This document shows positions 27,570 to 36,880 of a stretch of 64,000 nt of DNA, in pieces. A program made the position numbers and the translations under genes. The stretch spans positions 98,211-162,210 of the forward strand of contig CAZFHY010000003.1 in the NCBI GenBank assembly GCA_964519305.1. Reading direction: 5' to 3'. Position 1 is the stretch's first letter; every line of letters begins with the position of its first letter. This DNA comes from Candidatus Undinarchaeota archaeon. GTDB lineage: Archaea > SpSt-1190 > JASMDC01. Under the pieces are notes generated by a model that did no database searches, was not told the origin of the DNA, and saw only the letters and a program-made list of their open reading frames with translations.

Positions 27570-29144
27570 TTAACCTTTCGTTAAAGGGCGTCGCGCCATA
27601 TACGGTCCCCTACGCTTGTAACCGAGCCTGCGGAAGTAGGGGCGGACACCTATGCCACTAAGGATGAGCAGGCGTTCCTTATCCTGTTCACGGGCCATTG
27701 ACTCGGCCTCTTCAAGGAGCTGGCGGCCAAGTCCGCGGTGCTGTATGGCCTCTCGTTCATGCCCACCCAGTGGGAGCGCCTCTCCGCACACACGAAGCTC
27801 ACGGACGATGGCGCAGTCCGTTCCCACTTCCTCGCGGTGCGCCTGGGGGGAAGGGAAGCGAAGACGGCAGTAGCCTAGGAGAGCGTCATCCTCATCATCG
27901 GCCGAGATGAAGAGCTCGGTACCGTTACCCGCTTCGTACTGTTCAATGTTGAAACCGATGGCTTCTGCCGGCGCTGGTCGCTCTTTGCGTTGCCCTCGAC
28001 CCACCTCTCGGCATCTGATGCACGAACACTTTGTGCCACGTTTCGCCATCTCCCTTTCGACGAGCTCTGCAAGGTTCCCCGCCAACACGCCATCAGCGAT
28101 GTGATTGGACGGGATGTCCCGTAGGATACGCATGGTGCGGACCCAGCGCGGCATCATGGACTTCACCTCGACCAGCAGATTCACCATCTCCTCTGTCGTT
28201 GGAGGGTGGTAGTCACCTTGACGCCATATATCGTACAATCCGGTCCCTTCCAGGACCTGCGTGGGGTAGACCTTGACCATATCGGGACAGAACCGTGGAT
28301 CGGTGAACACTTGGCGGAAGCTCTCGAGGTCCCGATCCCTGTTAGAACCAGGGAGCCCTGGCATGATGTGGTAATTGACCTTTAGCCCAGCATCACGGGC
28401 GGTCCTCGTCGCTTCAACAGCGTCCGCTACGGTGTGACCTCGTCCCACCAGCTCGTAAACATCATCGAAGACTGTCTGGACGCCTAGTTCTACCCTGGTA
28501 GCGCCCAGCCTGAGCATGAGGTCGATATGGTCCTCCCTACAGTAGTCAGGTCTCGTCTCGAAGGTTATGCTCACACAGCGATGCGAGGCATGCTCGTTCT
28601 TGCGCTGTGCCTCAAGGAGAGTAGGTGAATCTCCATTGTTGAGCGCATCGAGGCAACGATGGACGAAGTGCTCTTGCTCCGTGGGAGGACAGGAAGGAAA
28701 GGTACCTCCCATTATGATGAGCTCTACCTTGTCAGTAGAGTGCCCTGTCCTCTCCAGTTGTGTGACCCTAGCATTGGTCTGATCGAATGGATCGAATCCA
28801 TGGGCGATGGCCCGCATAGCCGCCGGTTCATGCCCTGTATAGCTCTGTGGTGCCTTATCGCCGCGGGGGCAGTAGGAGCAGGTTCCATGTGGACACGGTG
28901 CAGGTGCGCTCATGACGGCGATCACAGCCACACCCGAAAGGGAGCGGACAGGCTTCGTCCTCAGTACGGCGCGCCATTGCTTCTGTTCCTCCTCTGATAA
29001 GGCCGTGAGGACGTCCGCATTCGATGGTACACCGCCTAGTGCGAACTCGCGTGCGACTTCTAGCTTGATAGTGTTCAGGTCACCCGCACCTCGGATCTTG
29101 AGCTTCAGTATGATGGCTCCTGCTGCCTCCCTGGAAAGCTCCAC
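27570..29144 (-). CDS. elp3: Elp3 tRNA U34 carboxymethyltransferase (radical SAM plus KAT domain)
   Basis: KPVRSLSGVAVIAVM, CPHGTCSYCP, QSYTGHEP, IMGGTF, ETRPDYC, CIRCREVG, VREL..QHRGLG. Confidence 0.96.
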   Translation of the reverse strand: MELSREAAGAIILKLKIRGAGDLNTIKLEVAREFALGGVPSNADVLTALSEEEQKQWRAVLRTKPVRSLSGVAVIAVMSAPAPCPHGTCSYCPRGDKAPQSYTGHEPAAMRAIAHGFDPFDQTNARVTQLERTGHSTDKVELIIMGGTFPSCPPTEQEHFVHRCLDALNNGDSPTLLEAQRKNEHASHRCVSITFETRPDYCREDHIDLMLRLGATRVELGVQTVFDDVYELVGRGHTVADAVEATRTARDAGLKVNYHIMPGLPGSNRDRDLESFRQVFTDPRFCPDMVKVYPTQVLEGTGLYDIWRQGDYHPPTTEEMVNLLVEVKSMMPRWVRTMRILRDIPSNHIADGVLAGNLAELVEREMAKRGTKCSCIRCREVGRGQRKERPAPAEAIGFNIEQYEAGNGTELFISADDEDDALLGYCRLRFPSPQAHREEVGTDCAIVRELRVCGEALPLGGHEREAIQHRGLGRQLLEEAESMAREQDKERLLILSGIGVRPYFRRLGYKRRGPYMARRPLTKG

Positions 29145-29160
29145 GAGCCCGGCTCTCGGG

Positions 29161-29176
29161 ATAAATCCTTAAAGGT
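29161..29176. promoter_or_regulatory. Compact, probably bidirectional TATA region between elp3 and the RDD gene
   Basis: ataaatCCTTAAAGG, near-palindromic, about 30 nt from both GTG 29144 (-) and ATG 29198 (+). Confidence 0.55.
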
Positions 29177-29197
29177 ATGCCGGGGAGACTCGTTCGA

Positions 29198-30001
29198 ATG
29201 AAGGACGAGGTATCCGATAACGACGGACGGATCCGGGATGGGGAACCCCCGGTGACCATGAAGGCCGCTCAAAAGACCGAGCCCTCCGTCAAACCGCGGA
29301 CCACAAAGCCCGTTCACCCTGTACCAGCATCACGGTATCCCGGGGACGAGACCGGATTCTCCAACGAGGAGCGTGCCCTTGCCTTCGAGCTCATCGGCGA
29401 CCTTGCCGTTGTGGGACGCGCAGGCATCTTCAAACGGCTAGCGGCGGGCCTAATCGATATAACCCTCGTGCTTATTTTCATCGTATGGCCGTGCATGGTA
29501 GCAGTGACGTTCTCCTCGGACATCGACCTGAACGAGGCCGATAGCTTCGAACTATCGAGCGATGATCCCGAGCAGTTCATTGAGGAGCATCAGACCCTTT
29601 TCAACGCCATACAACGCGCCCTTATACTCTCTGGGATCCTGGTTATCGTCTACTTCGCGATTACAGAAGGGACATTAGGTCAGAGCATTGGGAAGGCGTT
29701 CATGGACATCGGAGTCATCGCTGAGGACACATCACCACTGGGTATCTCTGCGGCGCTTGGTCGTAACGTGCTCAAAGGAACCCTGATCGCTTCAATGGTG
29801 ACCGTGCTAGCACCCGTTGTCCTAGTAGTATTCCTTATTGACGTGATTTCCCTCATCTATGCTGATAAACACCAGCGTTACCTCGATCGGTTCGTAGGCT
29901 CGGTGTGTGTCGAGGGTTATGTGCTCGAACACAGCAAGAAAGGCTCAACCTCATCTACGGATGGCGAGTTCATTACATTCAAGGGGGCGGACAAGCGATG
30001 A
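29198..30001 (+). CDS. RDD family membrane protein
   Basis: AGIFKRLAAGLIDI, YF..EG..GQSIGK, RN..K, HQRYLDRFVGS; alternative start at 29177. Confidence 0.88.
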   Translation: MKDEVSDNDGRIRDGEPPVTMKAAQKTEPSVKPRTTKPVHPVPASRYPGDETGFSNEERALAFELIGDLAVVGRAGIFKRLAAGLIDITLVLIFIVWPCMVAVTFSSDIDLNEADSFELSSDDPEQFIEEHQTLFNAIQRALILSGILVIVYFAITEGTLGQSIGKAFMDIGVIAEDTSPLGISAALGRNVLKGTLIASMVTVLAPVVLVVFLIDVISLIYADKHQRYLDRFVGSVCVEGYVLEHSKKGSTSSTDGEFITFKGADKR

Positions 30002-30918
30002 ACATGAAGAACATCGGTATAGGTTTTCTAATCCTCATAGGGCTCTTCCTCGTGAGCATCATTATGGGGGCTCTAGTGTCAGTGTCAACCGAGGACGTTG
30101 TGGGGGAGGCGATAGGTGTCATACGCCTTGATGGTATCATCTCCTACGATGAGTCAGTCGGGATTCTTGGAGGCACCTCTGACATCGAGGATGTCATTAC
30201 GCAACTCGACAAAGCTCGTAAAACCGGTAATATCAAGGGAGTCCTTCTGATCATCAACAGTCCTGGCGGAGCCCCAGTGGCCAGCCATGAGCTAGTTCGG
30301 GCTATCGAGCGTGTTAAGGAGCAGAAGCCTGTCGTTGCATGGATCGCCGACGTGGGGGCATCGGGTGCCTATTGGGCAGCCTCAGCATGCAACCGAACAG
30401 TGGCCGACGAACTCTCTGTCACGGGTTCTGTCGGCGTTATCTCACAGCATATGGATTATGGTGGCCTGTACGACAAGCTCGGGATAAACACTACTATCAT
30501 CAAGGGCGGCCGGCTAAAGGATGCCGGAGCGAGCCATCGTCCATTGACCGATGAGGAACTGGAGCTCATCCAAGAAATTGTCAACACAACGCATACGGTC
30601 TTCATCCAGGACGTGATACGGAACCGGGGCCTTACGACCGAGCAGGCGCTAGCCGTGTCAACTGGTCGGCTCTTCGTCGGTATCCAGGCCAAGGACATCG
30701 GTCTGGTGGACGAACTTGGGGGGAAGAATGATGCCCTCCGTGTCGTGACGGACCTTGCAGGGGTCCAATGGCGTCCGAGGACCATCGACCTGAAGACCAA
30801 GAAGGGATTCCTCGAGCTCATGGACGGGCTCACAGCGACTCTCGGCTATGGCATCGGCCGGGGGATGGTCGCTTCCGCCGAGCAGACGGCGACACAGCAA
30901 GTGCTCTCTATGGGGTGA
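29998..30918 (+). CDS. sppA: Signal peptide peptidase SppA (S49)
   Basis: INSPGG, KPVVA, ASGAYWAAS, TGSVGV, GLVDELG; ATGA overlap with the RDD stop. Confidence 0.93.
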   Translation: MNMKNIGIGFLILIGLFLVSIIMGALVSVSTEDVVGEAIGVIRLDGIISYDESVGILGGTSDIEDVITQLDKARKTGNIKGVLLIINSPGGAPVASHELVRAIERVKEQKPVVAWIADVGASGAYWAASACNRTVADELSVTGSVGVISQHMDYGGLYDKLGINTTIIKGGRLKDAGASHRPLTDEELELIQEIVNTTHTVFIQDVIRNRGLTTEQALAVSTGRLFVGIQAKDIGLVDELGGKNDALRVVTDLAGVQWRPRTIDLKTKKGFLELMDGLTATLGYGIGRGMVASAEQTATQQVLSMG

Positions 30919-31036
30919 CCTCTCTCATGAGTGTGGAACTGATGATGGATGGGCACCTGTAACGGATGACCATTATAGGGTCTCTGTGGCCTCTCATCGA
31001 CAAATTTATAAGTCAGGTGGGGCACAATTCCTTGAC

Positions 31037-31684
31037 ATGGAGCCCCTCCTATTACAAGGACTCCTCTCGTTTGGAATAGTTTGCGGGCTCTTTTACATAT
31101 TCTTCCACCGGGACCCTGAACGCATGCCTCCTGAAGAGGATGACATAATCCTTAGTCCGGCGGACGGTTGGATCAAGTGTGTTAAACGCATCATGCCCGG
31201 AGAGGTCCCCGTCGTAGAGAAATATGGTCGTGAGATCGAGCTTGTCGACCTGCCCCATATGGGGATTCTCGAAGAGGGTAAGGGCGGTTTCCTGGTAAGT
31301 GTCTACATGTCCCTCATGGACGTCCACGTGAACCGGTCCCCTGTGGGAGGGACGGTCGAGAACATCCAGTACCGACCGGGAAAGCTCAAGCTCCTCGTTG
31401 GACGCACTTTCCAGGCGGAGAACGAACGTAACACACTTGTGCTCCAGAATGAGGACCATGACATGAAAGTAGGTGTGGTCCAGATAGCTTCCCCCTTCGT
31501 GCGCAGGATCGATTGTTACGTCGCTGACGGTGAGCCTGTCGAGCTCGGTCAGCGGATCGGCATGATCCGGCTCGGGAGCCAGGTCGATCTAATCCTCCCT
31601 GACAAGAAAGGGCTCGAGATCGTGGCACACAAGGGGATGCGCGTTCGGGCTGGTACTTCAATCTTAGCTAGGTTACGAAGATGA
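31037..31684 (+). CDS. psd: Phosphatidyl/archaetidylserine decarboxylase proenzyme
   Basis: FFHRDPER, SPADG, MSLMDVHVNRSPV, ENERN, VVQIA, GMIRLGSQVDL (pyruvoyl cleavage site); TATA (TTTATAA, ~31005) upstream. Confidence 0.93.
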   Translation: MEPLLLQGLLSFGIVCGLFYIFFHRDPERMPPEEDDIILSPADGWIKCVKRIMPGEVPVVEKYGREIELVDLPHMGILEEGKGGFLVSVYMSLMDVHVNRSPVGGTVENIQYRPGKLKLLVGRTFQAENERNTLVLQNEDHDMKVGVVQIASPFVRRIDCYVADGEPVELGQRIGMIRLGSQVDLILPDKKGLEIVAHKGMRVRAGTSILARLRR

Positions 31685-32280
31685 GCTTCACATTCCTTTG
31701 CGAGGCAGCCAGGGACTTCCGCGCCATAGGCTCACCCATACCTTCCCTGGGGGTAGCTGTCCGGCTCATGGTCCGCCAGGCCGGAGTGAAGGAGGGGGAT
31801 GTCATTGCCGACGCGGGAGCCGGAACGGGTGTCATCGCGATCGAGGCTGCGCGTAAGGTCGGTCCATCCGGCCATGTCATAGCCGTCGAGAACAACAAGA
31901 ACCTCTGTAAAAAAGCACGCAAACGCATAAAACGCGCGGATATGGAAGACCGCATCACACTTATCGAGGGTGATGCCTTCAAACTGCGCAAGTACCTCGC
32001 GGACTTGGACGGACGACCCGATCGGTTCGACGCTGTGCTCTCGTCTGTGCCCATCAGCTATCTACCCGATCCGACAGTTTATATCAAGAGCCTAGCGGAC
32101 GCGACCAAGCCCGGCGGCACTGTCGTTCAGGAGACCCATTTTGCACAGAAGGTAAGACACCTATTCCGTGAGGTAGGTCTCCAAGGGATCCACTCAGCTT
32201 TCACTATCATCACCTTCGCTCCTGGAGCAGTAGTCTCAGGAAAAGTACCGAATGAAGTCAAGGTGTCCGGCCAACGATGA
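31681..32280 (+). CDS. pmtA: SAM methyltransferase resembling Sinorhizobium/Agrobacterium-type phospholipid N-methyltransferase
   Basis: F..DFRAIGSPIPS, DAGAGTGVI, AVE, IEGDAFKL, FDAVLSSVP, GGTVVQET; coupled by ATGA overlaps to psd and pssA. Confidence 0.72.
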   Translation: MSFTFLCEAARDFRAIGSPIPSLGVAVRLMVRQAGVKEGDVIADAGAGTGVIAIEAARKVGPSGHVIAVENNKNLCKKARKRIKRADMEDRITLIEGDAFKLRKYLADLDGRPDRFDAVLSSVPISYLPDPTVYIKSLADATKPGGTVVQETHFAQKVRHLFREVGLQGIHSAFTIITFAPGAVVSGKVPNEVKVSGQR

Positions 32281-32978
32281 TCCGTGGGATGCTCGCTTTC
32301 ATTGGAATAAAGGATCTGGTCACGATCTGCAACGCCTTCGCCGGCTGCGCCGCGATCGTCGTGGCTGCCAAAGGGGGGAACGTTCCGCTCGCATGCGGGC
32401 TCATCTTCCTTGCAGCGGTGTTCGACTTCCTCGATGGTGGGTTGGCGCGCGCTACAGCACCCAATCCCTTCGGCAAGGAACTGGACTCGCTCTGTGATGC
32501 CATCTCCTTCGGATTGGCACCGGCCTTACTTGTGTTCTTCCAGGGCCCGACCGTACCTCTTCACTACCTCGCAGCTCCCTTGATATACCTTGGCGGGGCG
32601 ATCTTCCGCTTGGCACGCTTTAATGTCACGACACAGAAGAACTTTACCGGGATACCTTCGCCTGCGGCAGCCCTCACAGCAGCGGCCTTGACGCTTGCAG
32701 GTCTTTCATGGCAGATGCTCCATGGTACACTTGTCGTGCTTTCTTTCCTTATGATCTGCGACATCGAGTACCCGTCGCAGAAGAACCTCAAGTCCAGCCA
32801 GATACTCTTCATCGCTATCCTGGGCGTGATTGCCTACATTGGGGTCAGCTCTCTGGGAGGTAACGTCCTTGGGACCGCTGGGTCCGCAATAGGTGTTGGC
32901 TACATACTCTCCCCTCTCGTTCTGTACGGGAATGCATCTGATCATGAAGAAGAGACTAAGGATACGGACGAGGAGTGA
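32277..32978 (+). CDS. pssA: CDP-alcohol phosphatidyltransferase, phosphatidyl/archaetidylserine synthase
   Basis: DFLDGGLAR..FGKELDSLCDAISFGLAP, FRLARFN, FTGIPSP. Confidence 0.93.
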   Translation: MIRGMLAFIGIKDLVTICNAFAGCAAIVVAAKGGNVPLACGLIFLAAVFDFLDGGLARATAPNPFGKELDSLCDAISFGLAPALLVFFQGPTVPLHYLAAPLIYLGGAIFRLARFNVTTQKNFTGIPSPAAALTAAALTLAGLSWQMLHGTLVVLSFLMICDIEYPSQKNLKSSQILFIAILGVIAYIGVSSLGGNVLGTAGSAIGVGYILSPLVLYGNASDHEEETKDTDEE

Positions 32979-33029
32979 GAGCACGACGTCTAGCATCCAT
33001 TTAAATTAATTAATAGCCAAAGCACCGGT

Positions 33030-33707
33030 ATGGGCCATGGAATGGGTCTAACCGATGAAATGCGGTATCTACTCATAGTCTCTCTCTTCGGCTTCACGGG
33101 AGTGATCCTTGCGTGGGCACTGAACATGGTGTTCGTGTATCTTGCCAATGAGATCGTCGTGTCGCTGGGTGCAGTTGGGCGTCTCATTCCTGGTCTCGCT
33201 GACCATCTCGTGACCTTGGTATCTGGTTCGCTTTGGGGCTTCTTCGTATTCCTAGGCGTGGTCCAAGCCCGAGGGAAACGACAGAAGACTACCACATCAC
33301 AGTTTACCTTGTGTTCCATTTCCTTGGGATTCGCTCTTCTGGGCGCGAGCGCAGTGATCGAGCTCCTAGGTATGATACTTCCCGGGCTAGTTAATGTAGT
33401 CGGCCATATCCTGCATGGAGCGCTCCTCGGATGCCTCTACGGTTCCTTCCTGGCACTTATCATGCGGCTGGATGTCTGGCACATGTTCGTACCCCTCCTC
33501 AGTGTAGGTGGGGCGGTCGGCGCCTTAGCGGTAAGGGTCCTCCAAGATGTTCCCACTAGCGCCCAGGGGACTATCGAAGTGTATCTCTCTCAGTACGCCT
33601 TTACGTCCCAAGGATTCGTGCTCGGATTGTTCGCGGGATACGCATTCTTCCTGTGCGACATGCATATGGGGATCTTGCGTCATGCCCGGTGGATGCCGGA
33701 GGACTAG
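33030..33707 (+). CDS. Hypothetical multi-TM membrane protein
   Basis: About six Gly-rich hydrophobic helices; TTTAAATT about 30 nt upstream. Confidence 0.7.
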   Translation: MGHGMGLTDEMRYLLIVSLFGFTGVILAWALNMVFVYLANEIVVSLGAVGRLIPGLADHLVTLVSGSLWGFFVFLGVVQARGKRQKTTTSQFTLCSISLGFALLGASAVIELLGMILPGLVNVVGHILHGALLGCLYGSFLALIMRLDVWHMFVPLLSVGGAVGALAVRVLQDVPTSAQGTIEVYLSQYAFTSQGFVLGLFAGYAFFLCDMHMGILRHARWMPED

Positions 33708-35035
33708 CTGTCCTCTACCGGTTCTTCCTCCCTTAAGCGTGCGACCTCTTTCCTGAGACGGTGTACGATCTCGCGGTCAGGGAGCAGACCGTCGGGTGCT
33801 TCCAAGGGTGCCCGCATGCGAACAGGTACACCATCCATACGGTACGCTGTCCCCTCGGACTCGATTCCGGTGAAAGCGCAGGGGATGTAAACGTCCGCGA
33901 GCTCGGATGTGACGTTCCATACAGGATCGATGACGATGACCGGGATGCGTCGTAGGGCGCCGAGGGACTTGAGCGGTAAGTGGGCAGCAGGATCCGAGGC
34001 CACCACTAGGAGACAATCGCACTCACCCGAGGAGAGGACCGGGAACAGGTCGGTCTCACCGGGATTATAGCGGGGGTGCCCGCGGGAGAGATCGACGGCG
34101 AAAGGGTAACCCGTTCGCCAAGTGAACGCTTCACATGCACCCGTGACATTGAAATGTCCTCGCATAGGAAGGACAACGGCCTTCGTATGTTCGCTCAGGT
34201 CCCTGAGGAGCGAGAGGAGGGCGTCAACGTTACGATGGCGCCCCGTTGATGTTGTCAGTCCCAGTCCGAAGAAAAAGGCACAGAACTCGCTGTCTTTGAG
34301 CTTGTCAGAGAGCCATCGGAGCTCATCCAGTGGAATCCCATCGATGGAGTCGGGCATATCCTGTCCTTGGATGAGCATACGTAAGGCACAGAGCACCTCG
34401 TAATCACTCCCCGGTCTGACCTTTATGAACCTGTCGGCCACCTCGGCCGTACCCGTGGGACGGACATCTACCACGACCACCTGTCGATCGTCACGGCCTT
34501 TCTTCCGGAACGCACCTTCTGGGAAGACAGAGTAGCGGCTCATGTGCCGGTCGTGTGATGCGGCGGGATTCGAGCCCCAGTACACCACACAGTCTGCATG
34601 GTTGAGCACCTCGCCAAGCGTCGCTGAAGAGATCCCTACTTCTTGGACGGCTTGGATGGAGGGTCCGTGGCAGAAGGATGAGCAGTTGTCGATCAGGGCT
34701 CCAAGTTCCTCCGCGAGGTCGAGCCCCTCGCATATGGTCTCAGTACTTGTTGAGCTCCAACCGAACAGGACGGGGCGCTCGGCCTTTTCAAGCAGCATTG
34801 CCGCCTGTTTCAGGGATTCATCCAGTGTGGCATCGCGGAAGTGGTCCGTCCGGACTTCCTTGAAATCTCCGTTCTTCACTCTGATCCTGGGGACGAGCTC
34901 TCGAGATGATGGCTTGGAGAATGCATGATCGCCGACCTTACAGGCATTGCATACATCCTCGATCGTGTTCTCTGAAGTACGCACTTCGATATCGTCACAT
35001 AGGCATCCGCAATAGGGACACACGACATCTTTCAA
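33704..35035 (-). CDS. fwdB: Formylmethanofuran dehydrogenase subunit B (Mo/W-pterin)
   Basis: CPYCGCLCDDI Fe-S motif, SFCHGPS metal ligand (Cys, not Sec), YWGSNP..HDRHMSRYS, PMRGHFNV, GTAYRMDGVP. Confidence 0.93.
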   Translation of the reverse strand: MKDVVCPYCGCLCDDIEVRTSENTIEDVCNACKVGDHAFSKPSSRELVPRIRVKNGDFKEVRTDHFRDATLDESLKQAAMLLEKAERPVLFGWSSTSTETICEGLDLAEELGALIDNCSSFCHGPSIQAVQEVGISSATLGEVLNHADCVVYWGSNPAASHDRHMSRYSVFPEGAFRKKGRDDRQVVVVDVRPTGTAEVADRFIKVRPGSDYEVLCALRMLIQGQDMPDSIDGIPLDELRWLSDKLKDSEFCAFFFGLGLTTSTGRHRNVDALLSLLRDLSEHTKAVVLPMRGHFNVTGACEAFTWRTGYPFAVDLSRGHPRYNPGETDLFPVLSSGECDCLLVVASDPAAHLPLKSLGALRRIPVIVIDPVWNVTSELADVYIPCAFTGIESEGTAYRMDGVPVRMRAPLEAPDGLLPDREIVHRLRKEVARLREEEPVEDS

Positions 35036-35442
35036 GGTACAGCCCTCCTGAGAAGGTCGCGTACACTCTCTACATCCTCACCAAGCGCCCGTGATACTCT
35101 GGCATCCAGACCTTTGAGACCTGGTAATCCTGAGCCCTCGCATGCATCGGTGCTCACAGCACTGGCCCATGGGCCAATAGGTATCGATACAAGTCCCTTC
35201 ATACCCTCGAGGCCAGCCAGTACCCGGACGACGACCGATCCGCCATCGGTAGTAACGCGGACGGTATCTCCTTCTGCCACGCCCAACGAACGCATGTCCG
35301 ATGGAGCAAGGGAACAAATCCCTACGTTCTCGCGGTATTCAGCGTGGAGCTTCTTATGGATGGTCGTACCCTGGCCTACAGTGCGCATGGTGACCAGGGT
35401 GAGCGTCAGCTCCTTAGACCGTCCCATGGCTATGGTCCCCAC
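35032..35442 (-). CDS. fwdD: Formylmethanofuran dehydrogenase subunit D
   Basis: LVTMRTVGQG, DMRSLGVAEGDTVRVTT, IPIGPWAS, GLPGLKG; overlaps the fwdB start. Confidence 0.88.
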   Translation of the reverse strand: MGTIAMGRSKELTLTLVTMRTVGQGTTIHKKLHAEYRENVGICSLAPSDMRSLGVAEGDTVRVTTDGGSVVVRVLAGLEGMKGLVSIPIGPWASAVSTDACEGSGLPGLKGLDARVSRALGEDVESVRDLLRRAVP

Positions 35443-35483
35443 TGGGCCTCCTTATTTTATGATCAGGCCTTTGTCGGACCCGA

Positions 35484-35795
35484 TCACTCCTTCTTCTTCA
35501 ACACGACCTCGAACTGGCCATCCCAGCCAGCCCCTTGGACCTTAAGGCCGTCTTCCTTTGCCTTGTCCAGGAACTCACGCAGGGGTTCGAGCATGTCGAC
35601 CAGGAAACCGACCTGGGCGTTCACAGTAACGCCCTCGCGTCGGATACCGTGCATAGCGCAGATGACCGCATGCATATCGTTCGCGGAATCAGCATTGCAT
35701 TCGACACCCTCTTTGTATCCCAACATCTTTCCTAGCGGGCAGATATCGCATCGTGTGAATGACTTGACGTTGTCGAAACCCATGAGTATCACCAA
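35484..35795 (-). CDS. Small hypothetical protein with Cys/His cluster (possible metal binding)
   Basis: CDICP..C..H..C..H; lies between the M42 gene and fwdD. Confidence 0.65.
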   Translation of the reverse strand: MVILMGFDNVKSFTRCDICPLGKMLGYKEGVECNADSANDMHAVICAMHGIRREGVTVNAQVGFLVDMLEPLREFLDKAKEDGLKVQGAGWDGQFEVVLKKKE

Positions 35796-35803
35796 TTAGC
35801 CCC

Positions 35804-36868
35804 CTAAAGGGCCCTAATGAATCCCTCCAGGAGGCGTAGAGATGCCTCCAGATCAGCGAGAGAAAAGATTTCAGCAGTGGAGTGTATGTATCGTGTGGGC
35901 ACACCTACAGCACCGCTCATAACACCCCGTCTGACGGACTGGATGGCGGACGCATCTGTGGTCGAGCCTTCGGCGATCTCGTACTGGATGGGGATCTTCC
36001 CTTCAGCAGCTGCGTCCTGGAGCGCCCTGAGCACGCGCTCGTGGACAATGAGCCCCCAATCGGCGATGACGATTGCCGGACCCTTTCCAAGTTCGATCTT
36101 TGGTTGTCCCTCGGGTACTCCCGGGAAGTCCGTAGCGATCGAGACCTCAAGAGCGAGAGCGGCCTCGGGCTGGACGGCATACGCCGCTGTGGCAGCTCCC
36201 ACGGTACCGAACTCCTCTTGGACAGTACCGGCAAGGTATACAGTATTCTGAGGTCGATTGTCATGAAGGTAGCGTGCCAGGAGCACAAGCATAAGGCAAC
36301 CGACACGATCGTCGGCCGCCGATATCATCACACGGTCCTTTCCTAGTAGCCTGACACCCTTCTCGAAGACTATGAAGTCACCCGGTGAGATCCCGAGAGC
36401 GAGTGTCTCATCCTTAGTGGACGTTCCGACGTCAAGGAATAGATCATTGATCTTGAGCTTCTTCTTGTCCTCTTTCTTGTGAAGGTGCGGTGGAAGGGCG
36501 CCGATAACGCCATGGAATGCTCCCTTCTCCCGAGTGAGGATCTTGGCCTGCTGACCGAGGACCATGCGTGGGTCCAGTCCGCTCAGGTTGGTGAACCTTA
36601 TCTGCCCCGTGTCCTCGATCACGGTAGCGAGCATGGCGATCTCGTCCATATGTGCGGCCATTAAGATGGAAGTGCCGTCTTCATCCGCACCTTTGATGAT
36701 GCCCACAAGGTTACCGAGCCGGTCGACCTTGATCTCGTCCACATATGGTCGCAGGAGCTCTGTGAGCGCTTCTCTGACCGGGCCCTCGCGAGCGGGAGGT
36801 CCGTCAGCGAGTGCGAGGTTCTCCAGCACTTCGATTGTCTCAGTCCGGTCAAGCGTGATCTTCTTCAT
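35804..36868 (-). CDS. M42 family (TET/FrvX-like) metalloaminopeptidase
   Basis: AAHMDEI, ADDRVG, TVQEEFG, LGKGPAI, TTDASAI, GVPTRYIHS. Confidence 0.93.
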   Translation of the reverse strand: MKKITLDRTETIEVLENLALADGPPAREGPVREALTELLRPYVDEIKVDRLGNLVGIIKGADEDGTSILMAAHMDEIAMLATVIEDTGQIRFTNLSGLDPRMVLGQQAKILTREKGAFHGVIGALPPHLHKKEDKKKLKINDLFLDVGTSTKDETLALGISPGDFIVFEKGVRLLGKDRVMISAADDRVGCLMLVLLARYLHDNRPQNTVYLAGTVQEEFGTVGAATAAYAVQPEAALALEVSIATDFPGVPEGQPKIELGKGPAIVIADWGLIVHERVLRALQDAAAEGKIPIQYEIAEGSTTDASAIQSVRRGVMSGAVGVPTRYIHSTAEIFSLADLEASLRLLEGFIRAL

Positions 36869-36880
36869 TGTGAGGACCTC

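Noticed and set aside
30919-31003. Possible C/D-box sRNA or riboswitch between sppA and psd (CTGATGA)
   Set aside because: I could not identify a properly spaced D box or a convincing conserved structure.
34660-34690. Possible selenocysteine in FwdB
   Set aside because: The ligand codon is TGC (Cys) in SFCHGPS, and there is no in-frame TGA.
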